A DNA stretch of 34,539 nt, taken from the UHGV virus genome UHGV-2132316; one strand, written 5' to 3'. The position numbers and the translations under genes were made by a program. The first letter of the stretch is position 1. The number at the start of each line of letters is the position of its first letter. Source of the stretch: a virus. The notes below the pieces were generated by a model, which saw only the letters and a program-made list of their open reading frames with translations, did not search any database and was not told the DNA's origin. Below are positions 8,994-17,690 of the stretch, piece by piece.

Positions 8994-9980
8994 ACGGTAA
9001 ACAGGGCTGGTAACGCCGTGCAAAAAAATGGCGATACCTTGTCCGGTGGGCTTAATTTTGAAAACGACTCAATCCTTGCCTGGATTCGAAATACTGACTG
9101 GGCAAAGATTGGTTTTAAAAATGATGCCGATAGCGATACTGATTCATACATGTGGTTTGAAACAGGCGACAACGGCAATGAATATTTCAAATGGAGAAGT
9201 AAACAAAGCACCACAACAAAAGACCTGATGAATCTTAAATGGGATGCTTTGTCTGTTCTTGTTAAAGCCCTTTTCAGCAGTGAAGTAAAAATATCGACAG
9301 TCAATGCACTGAGGATATTTAATTCATCTTTTGGTGCCATTTTTCGCCGTTCTGAAGAATGCCTGCATATCATCCCTACACGAGAGAATGAGGGAGAAAA
9401 TGGTGATATAGGGCCATTACGCCCCTTTACGATTAACCTTAGAACTGGTCGGATAAGCATGGGGCATGGTCTTGATGTTACAGGGGATATATTTGCAAAC
9501 CGTTTTGCAATTAACAGTAGTACCGGCATGTGGATTCATATGCGTGACCAGAATGTTATTTGGGGACGCAATGCGGTATCCACCGATGGTGCGCAGGCAT
9601 TACTTCGTCAGGACCACGCTGATCGCAAATTTATGATTGGTGGACTGGGGAATAAGCAATTTGGCATCTACATGATTAATAACTCAAGGACAGCCAATGG
9701 TACCGATGGTCAGGCGTACATGGATAATAACGGGAACTGGCTTTGCGGCTCGCAAGTTATTCCCGGCAACTATGGCAATTTTGATTCACGTTATGTGAGA
9801 GATGTCCGACTTGGCACACGTGTTGTTCAGACTATGCAAAAAGGCGTGATGTATGAGAAATCAGGTCATGCAATTACGGGGCTTGGCATTGTCGGTGAAG
9901 TTGATGGCGATGATCCGGCAGTATTCAGACCAATACAAAAATACATCAATGGCACATGGTATAACGTCGCACAGGTGTAA
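8976..9980 (+). CDS. Silent alternative tail-fibre C-terminal (receptor-binding) cassette; no own start, becomes fused to the constant part of H after inversion
   Basis: Frame is open from 8976 through the gix site (NLGLQETVNRAGNAVQKNGDTLSGG...); ends ...YINGTWYNVAQV, parallel to the end of H (...QYCINGTWYNAGSI). Confidence 0.8.
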   Translation, partial: NLGLQETVNRAGNAVQKNGDTLSGGLNFENDSILAWIRNTDWAKIGFKNDADSDTDSYMWFETGDNGNEYFKWRSKQSTTTKDLMNLKWDALSVLVKALFSSEVKISTVNALRIFNSSFGAIFRRSEECLHIIPTRENEGENGDIGPLRPFTINLRTGRISMGHGLDVTGDIFANRFAINSSTGMWIHMRDQNVIWGRNAVSTDGAQALLRQDHADRKFMIGGLGNKQFGIYMINNSRTANGTDGQAYMDNNGNWLCGSQVIPGNYGNFDSRYVRDVRLGTRVVQTMQKGVMYEKSGHAITGLGIVGEVDGDDPAVFRPIQKYINGTWYNVAQV

Positions 9981-9983
9981 TTT

Positions 9984-10511
9984 ATGCAGCATTTAAAAAA
10001 TATTAAGTCTGGAAATCCAAAAACAAAAGAACAATATCAGCTAACAAAGAATTTTGATGTTATCTGGTTATGGTCCGAAGACGGAAAAAACTGGTATGAG
10101 GAAGTGAAAAACTTTCAGCCAGACACAATAAAGATTGTTTACGATGCAAATAATATTATTGTCGCCATCACCAAAGATGCCTCCACGCTTAACCCTGAAG
10201 GTTATAGCGTCGTTGAGGTTCCTGATATTACAGCTAATCGTCGTGCTGATGATTCCGGTAAGTGGATGTTTAAGGACGGAGCTGTGGTTAAACGGATTTA
10301 TACGGCAGACGAGCAACAACAACAGGCCGAATCACAAAAGGCCGCGTTACTTTCCGAAGCAGAAAACGTTATTCAGCCACTGGAACGCGCTGTCAGGCTG
10401 AATATGGCGACGGATGAGGAACGCGCACGACTGGAGTCATGGGAACGCTATAGTGTTCTGGTCAGCCGTGTGGATACGGCAAATCCTGAATGGCCACAAA
10501 AGCCTGAATAA
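9984..10511 (+). CDS. Alternative tail-fibre assembly chaperone (Tfa, gpG/Mu U'-like), silent orientation
   Basis: 175 aa; N-terminus [24 protein letters not shown]... nearly identical to the active gpG N-terminus while the C-terminus differs, as expected for cognate chaperones. Confidence 0.85.
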   Translation: MQHLKNIKSGNPKTKEQYQLTKNFDVIWLWSEDGKNWYEEVKNFQPDTIKIVYDANNIIVAITKDASTLNPEGYSVVEVPDITANRRADDSGKWMFKDGAVVKRIYTADEQQQQAESQKAALLSEAENVIQPLERAVRLNMATDEERARLESWERYSVLVSRVDTANPEWPQKPE

Positions 10512-10515
10512 AAAT

Positions 10516-10536
10516 TAAGGCCCGATAGCGGGCCTT
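10516..10536. terminator. Bidirectional terminator hairpin (aaggcccg-atag-cgggcctt) between the two convergent chaperone genes
   Basis: Perfect 8-bp stem read directly, flanked by A/T runs. Confidence 0.6.
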
Positions 10537-10539
10537 GTT

Positions 10540-11073
10540 TCATTCTGGTTGTTCTGGAAACGTTACTGGCAGGCTGGAGGTGTCTGTGGATTCGACCTTC
10601 TGCGCATAGAGCATCCACTCGGTTAATTTTTGTTTATTCTCGTCGGAAATGATACCCAGCCGTAGCTGTGAGTCCCATAGCTGGGTTTTATCCCTGACAA
10701 GTTGCAACAGGCTTTGCTTTTCATTCTCTGCCTGCTGCCTCTGTTCCTCCTCGGTATAAGTTCGCTTTATCACTACGCCATCTTTGAACATCCATTTACC
10801 CGAAATATCAGCCCGGCGATTTGCTGTAATATCAGGTAATTCAACGACGCTTGCGCCTTCCGGATTAATTGCTGAAACATCCTTTTCAATACAAATAATA
10901 ACGCCGTTATGGTCATAGACCATTTTCAAAGTGTCTGGCTGGAAATTCTTTTGTTCCTCATACCAGTTTTTTCCATCATCTGAATAAAGCCATTTGATGT
11001 TAAATTGCTTTGTTAGCTGGTATTGCTCTTTTGTTTTAGGGTTGCCAGCAGTAATATTTTTTAAGTGCATCAT
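10540..11073 (-). CDS. G: Tail-fibre assembly chaperone gpG (currently expressed orientation)
   Basis: 177 aa directly downstream of H; Tfa-family sequence. Confidence 0.85.
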   Translation of the reverse strand: MMHLKNITAGNPKTKEQYQLTKQFNIKWLYSDDGKNWYEEQKNFQPDTLKMVYDHNGVIICIEKDVSAINPEGASVVELPDITANRRADISGKWMFKDGVVIKRTYTEEEQRQQAENEKQSLLQLVRDKTQLWDSQLRLGIISDENKQKLTEWMLYAQKVESTDTSSLPVTFPEQPE

Positions 11074-11075
11074 AA

Positions 11076-13310
11076 TTAAATACTCCCCGCGTTATACCAC
11101 GTTCCATTAATGCAATACTGAATTGGCCTTGCCTGAGTTGTATCAATTAATTCATCACGGTTTCCGTTAACTGAACCAGTAACGACATAACCTGACCTGT
11201 CAGACCAGCCAGGACCATTCCATGTCTGAACAGATGACAGACCGCCAAGGCGAATACCTGTAATAAACCTTGAGTTACATTCTGCCTGCGTATATGCACC
11301 AACATCTCCCGCAGAGGGTTTGCGTGTTGTGGTGTAAAACTCTGACCAGTTAGCTTCAAAGCCATAACCATCACGCGCTGAACGATAAAAGATACCGCCA
11401 TTTCTGTAATTCACGCGGAACTGTACAGCAGGGCAACTCCCCGCATTCATATTAAAGTGGAGGATTAATGTCGATGCGCCACTGATATCTGCATCATAAA
11501 CGCCGCTATTCCAGTTCCAGCCAACAGCTTTATCATTTGCGACCCTGCGTCCTGTTTGCCCTAAAGCAAATGCAGGCTGCTGGTTTTTCGTGTTGTAGTC
11601 TCGTCGCCAGCCAGGAGCGTAAGCATCACCATGATTAATATAAGTGAATTGAGCGTTAGTGATTCCGCCACCGCTGGACGTGCTCGGCGTGGTAACGCGT
11701 ATGGTCATTGCGCCGCGGGTGCCAATAACTTCCACCACAGCACCTGCAAGACAAATATTTCCGCAACCTGTATCTGTAATGACCTTATTATTTGCATAAG
11801 CCCATGAGCCTTTGCACATCCAGTAAGGATGGTTAAATGCCCCCTGACTCTCCAGCCACGAAATGAATTGTGCGGTTGTCCAGACCTGACTATCGCCACC
11901 AATATTCAGCCATGCGCTATATGCGCGGCAGGCCCCAATATTTTTGGTGAAGGTATCTTTCCCCGGAATATCTGCGCCGTTCTGGTTTTTCTGTAATGCG
12001 CCAGAAGCCTGATTTACCGTTTCCTGTAAACCGAGGTATTCGATAACAGCGGCAACGGTCGATTTCGCAAGAATATCCCGCCCGACTTTTGTCAGGGTTG
12101 CCAGGCTGGCGACATCATTCCCCGTAAAATACGGAAACTTGTCTGCCGCAGTAGCAAGCCCGGCCAGCGCCGTCAGGGTGGCATCTTTCGGTTGCTTACC
12201 CGCAAGCGCTTTAGTCATGGTGGTCGCAAAATTCGGGTCGTTTCCCAGCGCCGCCGCTAACTCGTTCAGCGTATTCAGTGCGTCAGGTGACGAATCTACA
12301 AGGGCGGCAATCGCAGCCATAACGAAAGCCGTGCTTGCGATTTGGGTATTATTCGTTCCCTGTCGCGCAGTTGGCGTTGTTGGCGTTCCGGTCAACGCAG
12401 GACTGTTTAAGGGCGCTTTCTTGTTCGTTTCATCCATTACCGCCTTAACCGCTTTCGATGTCGCGGCCAGTGTTTCAGACGTGCTGTTGGTGGCACTACT
12501 GAGCTGGACTATCCCTTTTTGTGCCGTCGTGGCGTCCTGAGCGGTATATTTTGCGTTAGCAAGGTCATACGCGGCCTTTACTGCTTTCGGCGTTGCAGCC
12601 TGCGTTTCAGACGTGCTGTTGGTGGCGCTACTGAGCTGGACAAGGCCTTTTCGTGCCGTCGTGGCGTCCTGAGCGGTATATTTTCCGTTAGCTAGGTCAT
12701 ACGCGGCCTTAACCGCTTTCGGCGTTGCAGCCTGCGTTTCAGACACGCTGTTAGTGGCGCTACTGAGTTGAACAAAGCCTTTTGCGGTCAGCGAGGCGTC
12801 CGGGTGACGTCGTGACTGTTCATGCTCTTTCAGTTTGTCATCCACGTAATCCACTGTGGCCATCACCATGGTGTTATCCACGGTAAGCGCCACGGTGGCC
12901 GTGCTGGATACGGTCAGAATGGTGCGAAATGTTTGTGCACGTCCGGACCCTTCGGCAACGGTTGGTTTGTAACTTTCGGCAGTATTGCCCACCGCGATTA
13001 AATCGCCGTGCTCATCAAATACACCAATTTCCCGGATCCAGAATCCGCCCGTTTCAGGAGGAATAACCAGCTCCGCAATAATGCGGTTCTGATGTGTTGC
13101 GTCCAGGATGACGCGATTAACAGTGTGTCGCCACACCTCATGCACCAGACGGGTCTGCTTACTGTCTGGTGTGGGCAACGTGCCGCCACCGTCGCCCACG
13201 GCCATATGAGTCAGGCGGACAGGCTTACCATCTGGCGCGGCTGCCTGAGCTAATTTTTTGGCACCTGTATCGGTGATAACGGTTTTAAATTTTCGTGTTG
13301 TGGTACTCAT
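11076..13310 (-). CDS. H: Tail fibre protein gpH; N-terminal ~425 aa constant region, C-terminal ~320 aa exchangeable by inversion
   Basis: 744 aa; N-terminal half matches remembered P2 H (..RRHPDASLTAKGF.., LNSPALTGTPTTPTA..); gix site inside the gene. Confidence 0.92.
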   Translation of the reverse strand: MSTTTRKFKTVITDTGAKKLAQAAAPDGKPVRLTHMAVGDGGGTLPTPDSKQTRLVHEVWRHTVNRVILDATHQNRIIAELVIPPETGGFWIREIGVFDEHGDLIAVGNTAESYKPTVAEGSGRAQTFRTILTVSSTATVALTVDNTMVMATVDYVDDKLKEHEQSRRHPDASLTAKGFVQLSSATNSVSETQAATPKAVKAAYDLANGKYTAQDATTARKGLVQLSSATNSTSETQAATPKAVKAAYDLANAKYTAQDATTAQKGIVQLSSATNSTSETLAATSKAVKAVMDETNKKAPLNSPALTGTPTTPTARQGTNNTQIASTAFVMAAIAALVDSSPDALNTLNELAAALGNDPNFATTMTKALAGKQPKDATLTALAGLATAADKFPYFTGNDVASLATLTKVGRDILAKSTVAAVIEYLGLQETVNQASGALQKNQNGADIPGKDTFTKNIGACRAYSAWLNIGGDSQVWTTAQFISWLESQGAFNHPYWMCKGSWAYANNKVITDTGCGNICLAGAVVEVIGTRGAMTIRVTTPSTSSGGGITNAQFTYINHGDAYAPGWRRDYNTKNQQPAFALGQTGRRVANDKAVGWNWNSGVYDADISGASTLILHFNMNAGSCPAVQFRVNYRNGGIFYRSARDGYGFEANWSEFYTTTRKPSAGDVGAYTQAECNSRFITGIRLGGLSSVQTWNGPGWSDRSGYVVTGSVNGNRDELIDTTQARPIQYCINGTWYNAGSI
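12021..12046. other. gix/hix-like 26-bp recombination site (right), inverted copy inside gene H: TTCCTGTAAACC-GA-GGTATTCGATAA
   Basis: 24/26 identical to the reverse complement of the left site; central dinucleotides complementary (TC vs GA); encodes ...IEYLGLQE... in H. Confidence 0.8.
12430..12800 (-). repeat. Tandem 132-bp (44-codon) direct repeats, about 2.8 copies, inside H (peptide unit ...VQLSSATNSTSETQAATPKAVKAAYDLANxKYTAQDATTAxKG)
   Basis: Period measured between 'gtttcagac' occurrences at 12472, 12604 and 12736. Confidence 0.8.
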
Positions 13311-13312
13311 GC

Positions 13313-13843
13313 TTAATCGTCCGGATAAATGGTAATAACTTCACCGTCATAAGTTGCCGCCGCTGCAAAAATATCCCCCGGAATTTCCTGAATGATATTC
13401 AGCCCTGTCATGTGGCGGCTGACCGGACGGGCATCAGCAATCAACCGCTCCATTTCCAGATACATTTCCTCCGTCACGCCACTGTCCAGTGTGCCGACTT
13501 CAACGGTAAATGTTCCCGGTTCTCCGCCGAACTCCCACCACTCAGACACGCGAATGAGGTATCCCAGCGGCTCAATGGCCCTGCGCAGTGCGCTGATGGT
13601 CCCTTTGTGTCGGTGTATCAGCCATGCATCACGAATCACCTGTCGTTTTGTCTCTTCCGGCCAGTTGCGATCCCAACGGTCAACGAAAAATGCCCAGGCG
13701 AGATAAGGCAGCAGGTGCACCGGGCAGGTGTCCGGCGACCACAGCGTGTTGAGGTCTACCGGGATGTCTGTAATGCGCGTTCCGACAGCTTCGGCACAAC
13801 GCATGAAACTGCTGGCTGATGGTGGTAACAGTGAATTACTCAT
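13313..13843 (-). CDS. I: Baseplate assembly protein gpI-like
   Basis: Start chosen at MSNSLLPP... (176 aa); P2-I-like; overlaps the J 3' end by 8 nt. Confidence 0.85.
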   Translation of the reverse strand: MSNSLLPPSASSFMRCAEAVGTRITDIPVDLNTLWSPDTCPVHLLPYLAWAFFVDRWDRNWPEETKRQVIRDAWLIHRHKGTISALRRAIEPLGYLIRVSEWWEFGGEPGTFTVEVGTLDSGVTEEMYLEMERLIADARPVSRHMTGLNIIQEIPGDIFAAAATYDGEVITIYPDD

Positions 13844-14732
13844 TGCGCCCACCTTCGCTGATGGTGAACGACTCACAGCGCGCCGCCTGTATGTCGCTGA
13901 TGGCCATATTCTGTGTGGGTTCGATTATCTCCACGCGTTGCACACCGTGCACATGCAGTGCGGCAGCAATGGCGGACAACGCCACGTCCTGACCGATAAG
14001 CCCCTGCTCAGCCAGCCACTTCCTGAACGACGATTCAGCCGCCGCCAGAATAGGTTCGGATTCCGGGCCGGGGTAAAAGTACAGTTTTGCATTCAGCCGC
14101 CATGTCACGATTCTGGCGCTCTGTACAGTAAGGCGGTCGGCCACCGGGCGGGTATCCTCTGCATTCAGAACGGCGCGAACGGTATTAAGCAACGCCTCCG
14201 TTGCTGTGCCGTCGCCTTCAGTGGACAGGATGGAAACCGTCACATTTGCCGGAGACGGACTGATAGCCCGCGCATCACGCACCAGACCGCTGGCGCTGCG
14301 GGCAAAATACTCGTATGCACCTGACGGGCCAGCAACACTCAGGCCATCGTACGCCCGCTGCGCCCGCAGTCTCAGCGAGGTGTCACTTTCCATCACTGCG
14401 TCGGTGGTATCCGTTGCCGGAGTGATGGTCAGGCGCTTTGTGTTCATATTGCCCGCGAGGTTGTCCAGGTCTGTCCCGGCGCTGTGGCTTAACATGCAGG
14501 CGCGTGCCCCCTCGTTAACCCGCTGGCGTAACAGCATTTCACGAAACGACATGGTTTGAGCGATAACGTTAAGGGGTTCCGATTCCAGCTCCAGCGCGGC
14601 GGAAACGGCTTCACGCTGTTCGGCGGGATAAGCCGCAATCATCATGGCCTTTGTGTCAGCCAGAATTGCCTCAAAGTCAGGCTCCGCGATGATGGCGGGG
14701 TCCGGTAACTGTGAAAGGTCAACGGCGGGCAT
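13836..14732 (-). CDS. J: Baseplate assembly protein gpJ-like
   Basis: 298 aa; MPAVDLSQLPDP...ESEPL...RPVADRLTVQSA... matches remembered P2 J. Confidence 0.9.
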   Translation of the reverse strand: MPAVDLSQLPDPAIIAEPDFEAILADTKAMMIAAYPAEQREAVSAALELESEPLNVIAQTMSFREMLLRQRVNEGARACMLSHSAGTDLDNLAGNMNTKRLTITPATDTTDAVMESDTSLRLRAQRAYDGLSVAGPSGAYEYFARSASGLVRDARAISPSPANVTVSILSTEGDGTATEALLNTVRAVLNAEDTRPVADRLTVQSARIVTWRLNAKLYFYPGPESEPILAAAESSFRKWLAEQGLIGQDVALSAIAAALHVHGVQRVEIIEPTQNMAISDIQAARCESFTISEGGRNE

Positions 14733-14735
14733 GAT

Positions 14736-15086
14736 TTACTCCCTTAGCGTGATGGTTAATTCAACATTCTGCATGGTCTGCATGACAGTGCCCGACAGCG
14801 TCACCCCGGCGCGGCCTCCCGCTTTCCAGACAACGTCGATGGCATCCAGGGCAATGCGGGGTTCCCATCGTGTCAGCGCAATCACGGCAGCACTCATGCA
14901 TTGCAGACGCGTGGTGTTATTCATGGGTTCGTCAATCAAATCAGGCACAAGGCTGCCATATTCCCGTCGCATAACCCGGCTTGCCAGCGGGGTGGTCAGG
15001 ATATCCCTGACTGACTGTTTCAGGTGCTCCATATCGTTCAGGTTTCCCGTCCCGTCCGGATTCATTCCTGTGTAGCGGGTTGTCAC
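14736..15086 (-). CDS. W: Baseplate protein gpW-like
   Basis: 116 aa; MTTRYTGMN...RVMRREYGSL... like P2 W. Confidence 0.85.
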   Translation of the reverse strand: MTTRYTGMNPDGTGNLNDMEHLKQSVRDILTTPLASRVMRREYGSLVPDLIDEPMNNTTRLQCMSAAVIALTRWEPRIALDAIDVVWKAGGRAGVTLSGTVMQTMQNVELTITLRE

Positions 15087-15664
15087 TGCGGGCCTCCTGT
15101 CGAATCGCTGCCGCCTTTCACGCCACCGTGTTTATGCGTATGCACTGTGATGCCGTTTGAGGTGAAGTTGCCGCCGCTGTGCGTGATATTGCCGCTCATC
15201 TTTCCTCCTTTTGTGACGTCAAGCGTCGCCGTTCTCAGAAGGTTTGTGCATTCCACGACGGGCGTATCCAGTTTCACGCTGACGGATGCCTGTAAAGTGG
15301 CCGTTTTCATGCCGCTGGCGCTCAGTGCGCCTGCGTCCGCGTCGTAGCGGAACACCGCGCCATCCGGCGCGCTGACCACGATTTCTTTCAGGCTTTTGCC
15401 GGGTGCCGGACTGGCATCACTCCACAGGCTGCCAATTATCATGGCGGTTTCCGGGTTGCCGCCAATGCAGGCAATTACCACCTGTTCGCCTGGTGATGGC
15501 GGCAGCCACACATTGAAGGCTCCCGCGCGCGTGGTGTTCCAGCGCAACCATCCTGTTTCCAGTTCGCCGCTGCGAACGCGCACGCGCCAGGACTTCTCAT
15601 CAATTTCAGAGATGATCCCGGTGCGGATGATATTGCTCAGCAGTCGCATGAGTTCTGCGCTCAC
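15083..15664 (-). CDS. V: Baseplate spike/assembly protein gpV-like
   Basis: 193 aa; ..IRTGII.E.D...GEQV.I...GG....A...GS....HTHKH.. pattern as in P2 V. Confidence 0.85.
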   Translation of the reverse strand: MSAELMRLLSNIIRTGIISEIDEKSWRVRVRSGELETGWLRWNTTRAGAFNVWLPPSPGEQVVIACIGGNPETAMIIGSLWSDASPAPGKSLKEIVVSAPDGAVFRYDADAGALSASGMKTATLQASVSVKLDTPVVECTNLLRTATLDVTKGGKMSGNITHSGGNFTSNGITVHTHKHGGVKGGSDSTGGPQ

Positions 15665-16305
15665 CGTACAGCCTCCGCAATCCGGCCCAGCATCGTGTTA
15701 TAAATCAGGCGCTCATCTGCCTGGCTGATACCCAGCAGCTCACGTACCGGGTAATCGGTGAAAATGCCCGGCGCAACCTGATCGCGCTCACCGAACTGAT
15801 GAACGCGGGCAATACGTGCGGACACGCCGCTGTAACCCACCGTCACACCGGAAGCATCTGCACGGGCTTTCAGGTAGCGGGCGGTGCGCAGTTTTACGAA
15901 CATGGGGACGCGCTTTGTGCTGTCCTGGTTGATGCGCCGGGTGCGTATTTCCAGAAAACGGTCGATGTCATCCCGGTAAAACGTGCGGATATTGTTTTTA
16001 TCCTCATCCCACCCGGTAATGGTTCGCCCGTATTTCCCCGTGTCGTGATGCCAGTTTTTCAGCGTGCGTGCTTCGTTATTCCAGATAAAGCGAATGCGCT
16101 CCTGTATCCGGGTTACGCGGCGTCTGCGTGGTGTCCACGCGGTCCCGTCCGGCGCTTTCTGTGACCGGATACGCGCCTGCTGGGCGCGGCGTAAATCCTG
16201 TGCCAGCTTTCTGGCGATGTTATTGATGGCCTGCTGATTCAGGCTGTCGCGGATGGCCTCAAAGGTTTCATCCACGCGGGTGAATGCCTTATCCATCGCT
16301 TTCAC
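15661..16305 (-). CDS. S: Tail completion / virion morphogenesis protein gpS-like (longer than I remember P2 S to be)
   Basis: 214 aa; PDGTAWTPR and HQFGERD motifs resemble the gpS family; synteny between R and V. Confidence 0.7.
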   Translation of the reverse strand: MKAMDKAFTRVDETFEAIRDSLNQQAINNIARKLAQDLRRAQQARIRSQKAPDGTAWTPRRRRVTRIQERIRFIWNNEARTLKNWHHDTGKYGRTITGWDEDKNNIRTFYRDDIDRFLEIRTRRINQDSTKRVPMFVKLRTARYLKARADASGVTVGYSGVSARIARVHQFGERDQVAPGIFTDYPVRELLGISQADERLIYNTMLGRIAEAVR

Positions 16306-16756
16306 CCCACGTCACATCCTGGAATACATGCGACCAGTCGCCTTCGGAAGAGGGCAGACGGGGTTTTGGCTCCGGCAGGTGTTCTGCCTGCGGTGTGCCC
16401 TGACTGTTGCGCGTGATGCGAACGCGTTCCCACAGGGGGAGCGTAAACAGGAGGTCGGCGCTGTCATCGTCATTGATAACGGCGGAGAATTTGATGTCCT
16501 GATTACGCTCAGGGTTGAGCAACAACTGTGGCTGATTTTCGGATAACCACGCCAGCAGCGGCAGCGTGAGGTCATCCAGCTCCCCGGCGTAATCCATGAC
16601 AAACATCACCATCTGATAGCGGTAAACAAACGATGGGGTTTCTCCTGTCGTTTCAATGTTGCCGCTCTCCACGAAAATGGTGAATTTTTCCGGGTTGGCC
16701 TGACACCATCGGCATGAACGGGTCATGGCTTCACGCAGGGAATCAGTTTTCAGCAT
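16289..16756 (-). CDS. R: Tail completion protein gpR-like
   Basis: 155 aa; MLKTDSLR...LAWL.ENQP... like P2 R. Confidence 0.8.
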   Translation of the reverse strand: MLKTDSLREAMTRSCRWCQANPEKFTIFVESGNIETTGETPSFVYRYQMVMFVMDYAGELDDLTLPLLAWLSENQPQLLLNPERNQDIKFSAVINDDDSADLLFTLPLWERVRITRNSQGTPQAEHLPEPKPRLPSSEGDWSHVFQDVTWGESDG

Positions 16757-17033
16757 GGTTGTTATCCTCGTTGTTCAGTCGTTGCAGCCTGCGCTGTTCC
16801 AGTAATTCAATGGCCCGTTTATCCGCGTTACAGGTTTCCAGTGCATCCAGAAGGCGGTCGCCCCATATACCGAGATTTCCCCATGTGGGAGTGTCAGGGA
16901 AGGGGGGAGGCGTTACCGGTATGGTCAGCGTCTGCGGTATAAGCCGGACTGACGGCGCTGGCCGTGGCGCGTTCTGCGTGCCTGCGCAACCTGTCAGTAA
17001 AACGAGCGTCAGGCAAAGCGTGGGCGCATTCAT
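16743..17033 (-). CDS. lysC: o-spanin (LysC/Rz1-like outer-membrane lipoprotein), embedded in the 3' part of lysB in another frame and running into R
   Basis: MNAPTLCLTLVLLTGC lipobox signal, Pro-rich mature part (TIPVTPPPFPDTP); start inferred at the internal ATG. Confidence 0.7.
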   Translation of the reverse strand: MNAPTLCLTLVLLTGCAGTQNAPRPAPSVRLIPQTLTIPVTPPPFPDTPTWGNLGIWGDRLLDALETCNADKRAIELLEQRRLQRLNNEDNNHAEN

Positions 17034-17301
17034 CTTTTGCAATATCGTTGCGTAGCTGTTCACGTCTGGCCTCTCCGTCCTGATTTCGCTGTTGATTTTC
17101 CACGCGGAGTTGCGCCAGCACCTGCTGCATATCCTGTACCCCGGCGCTGATGATATTCAGGGTGTCGGCGGTACGTTTCAGGGCGCTGGCCTGCGCTTCG
17201 TTTCTGGCGTTCTCCCGGCCCAGCGACCACGACAGACGCATGGATGTTCCCCATGCGGCAATCAGAAGGAAAGCGACGCCCAGCGTGGGCCAGAGCTTCA
17301 T
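16894..17301 (-). CDS. lysB: i-spanin (LysB/Rz-like)
   Basis: Start at MKLWPTLGVAFLLIAAWG (N-terminal TM) followed by a charged coiled-coil region; track ORF has a 48-codon upstream extension overlapping the endolysin. Confidence 0.7.
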   Translation of the reverse strand: MKLWPTLGVAFLLIAAWGTSMRLSWSLGRENARNEAQASALKRTADTLNIISAGVQDMQQVLAQLRVENQQRNQDGEARREQLRNDIAKDECAHALPDARFTDRLRRHAERATASAVSPAYTADADHTGNASPLP

Positions 17302-17690
17302 GCCGGATAAACTCCGTGTGGTAACTGAAAATGCGGTCCGTCTTTCAGGGTCTTCCAGTCGCCGCCCCATTCCACCGGAATATTCAGTTCCCGGCTGGCC
17401 TGTCTGAATGCTGCTGCGATTTTTTCGTACAGCGGCCATTCCCATGACACCTGGCTGCCGATATAAGCCACAACATCCACGGCATGCCCCGTAAGGTGGC
17501 GACTGTTCATGGTCTGGCTCTTACCCGTGGCCACAAGTTGCTTCTGGCGGTAACGGCTGCGCAACCCTTCGGTGATACCAAAATCCACTTCCGAGATTTC
17601 CAGTGCCCGTCGGGTCACTTTCACCAGATCAGGATTTACGCCCTGCAAATTCTTTTCGCTCCGGCTGCTGAATTTAAATGTGTTGCTCAT
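17298..17690 (-). CDS. Endolysin, peptidase M15 (L-alanyl-D-glutamate peptidase / VanY-like) type
   Basis: 130 aa; SRHLTGHAVDV and DGPHFQL metal-ligand motifs typical of M15 peptidases; located in the lysis cassette. Confidence 0.8.
   Translation of the reverse strand: MSNTFKFSSRSEKNLQGVNPDLVKVTRRALEISEVDFGITEGLRSRYRQKQLVATGKSQTMNSRHLTGHAVDVVAYIGSQVSWEWPLYEKIAAAFRQASRELNIPVEWGGDWKTLKDGPHFQLPHGVYPA

Larger units (their letters stand above)
8982..12032. other. Invertible tail-fibre (host-range) segment, about 3.05 kb, analogous to the Mu G, P1 C and e14 P segments
   Basis: Bounded by inverted gix-like sites; contains two tail-fibre C-terminal cassettes and two convergent tail-fibre chaperone genes; invertase gene immediately outside. 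Confidence 0.75.

Noticed and set aside
8972-9529. 185-aa minus-strand ORF antisense to the silent tail-fibre cassette
   Set aside because: Antisense to a cassette with clear homology to tail-fibre tips; no start context or motif.
13728-14324. 198-aa plus-strand ORF antisense to gpJ (and similar antisense ORFs inside T, H, A and the structural genes)
   Set aside because: Embedded antisense ORFs in GC-rich phage genes with low-complexity, Arg/Cys-rich translations; none has a plausible RBS or motif.
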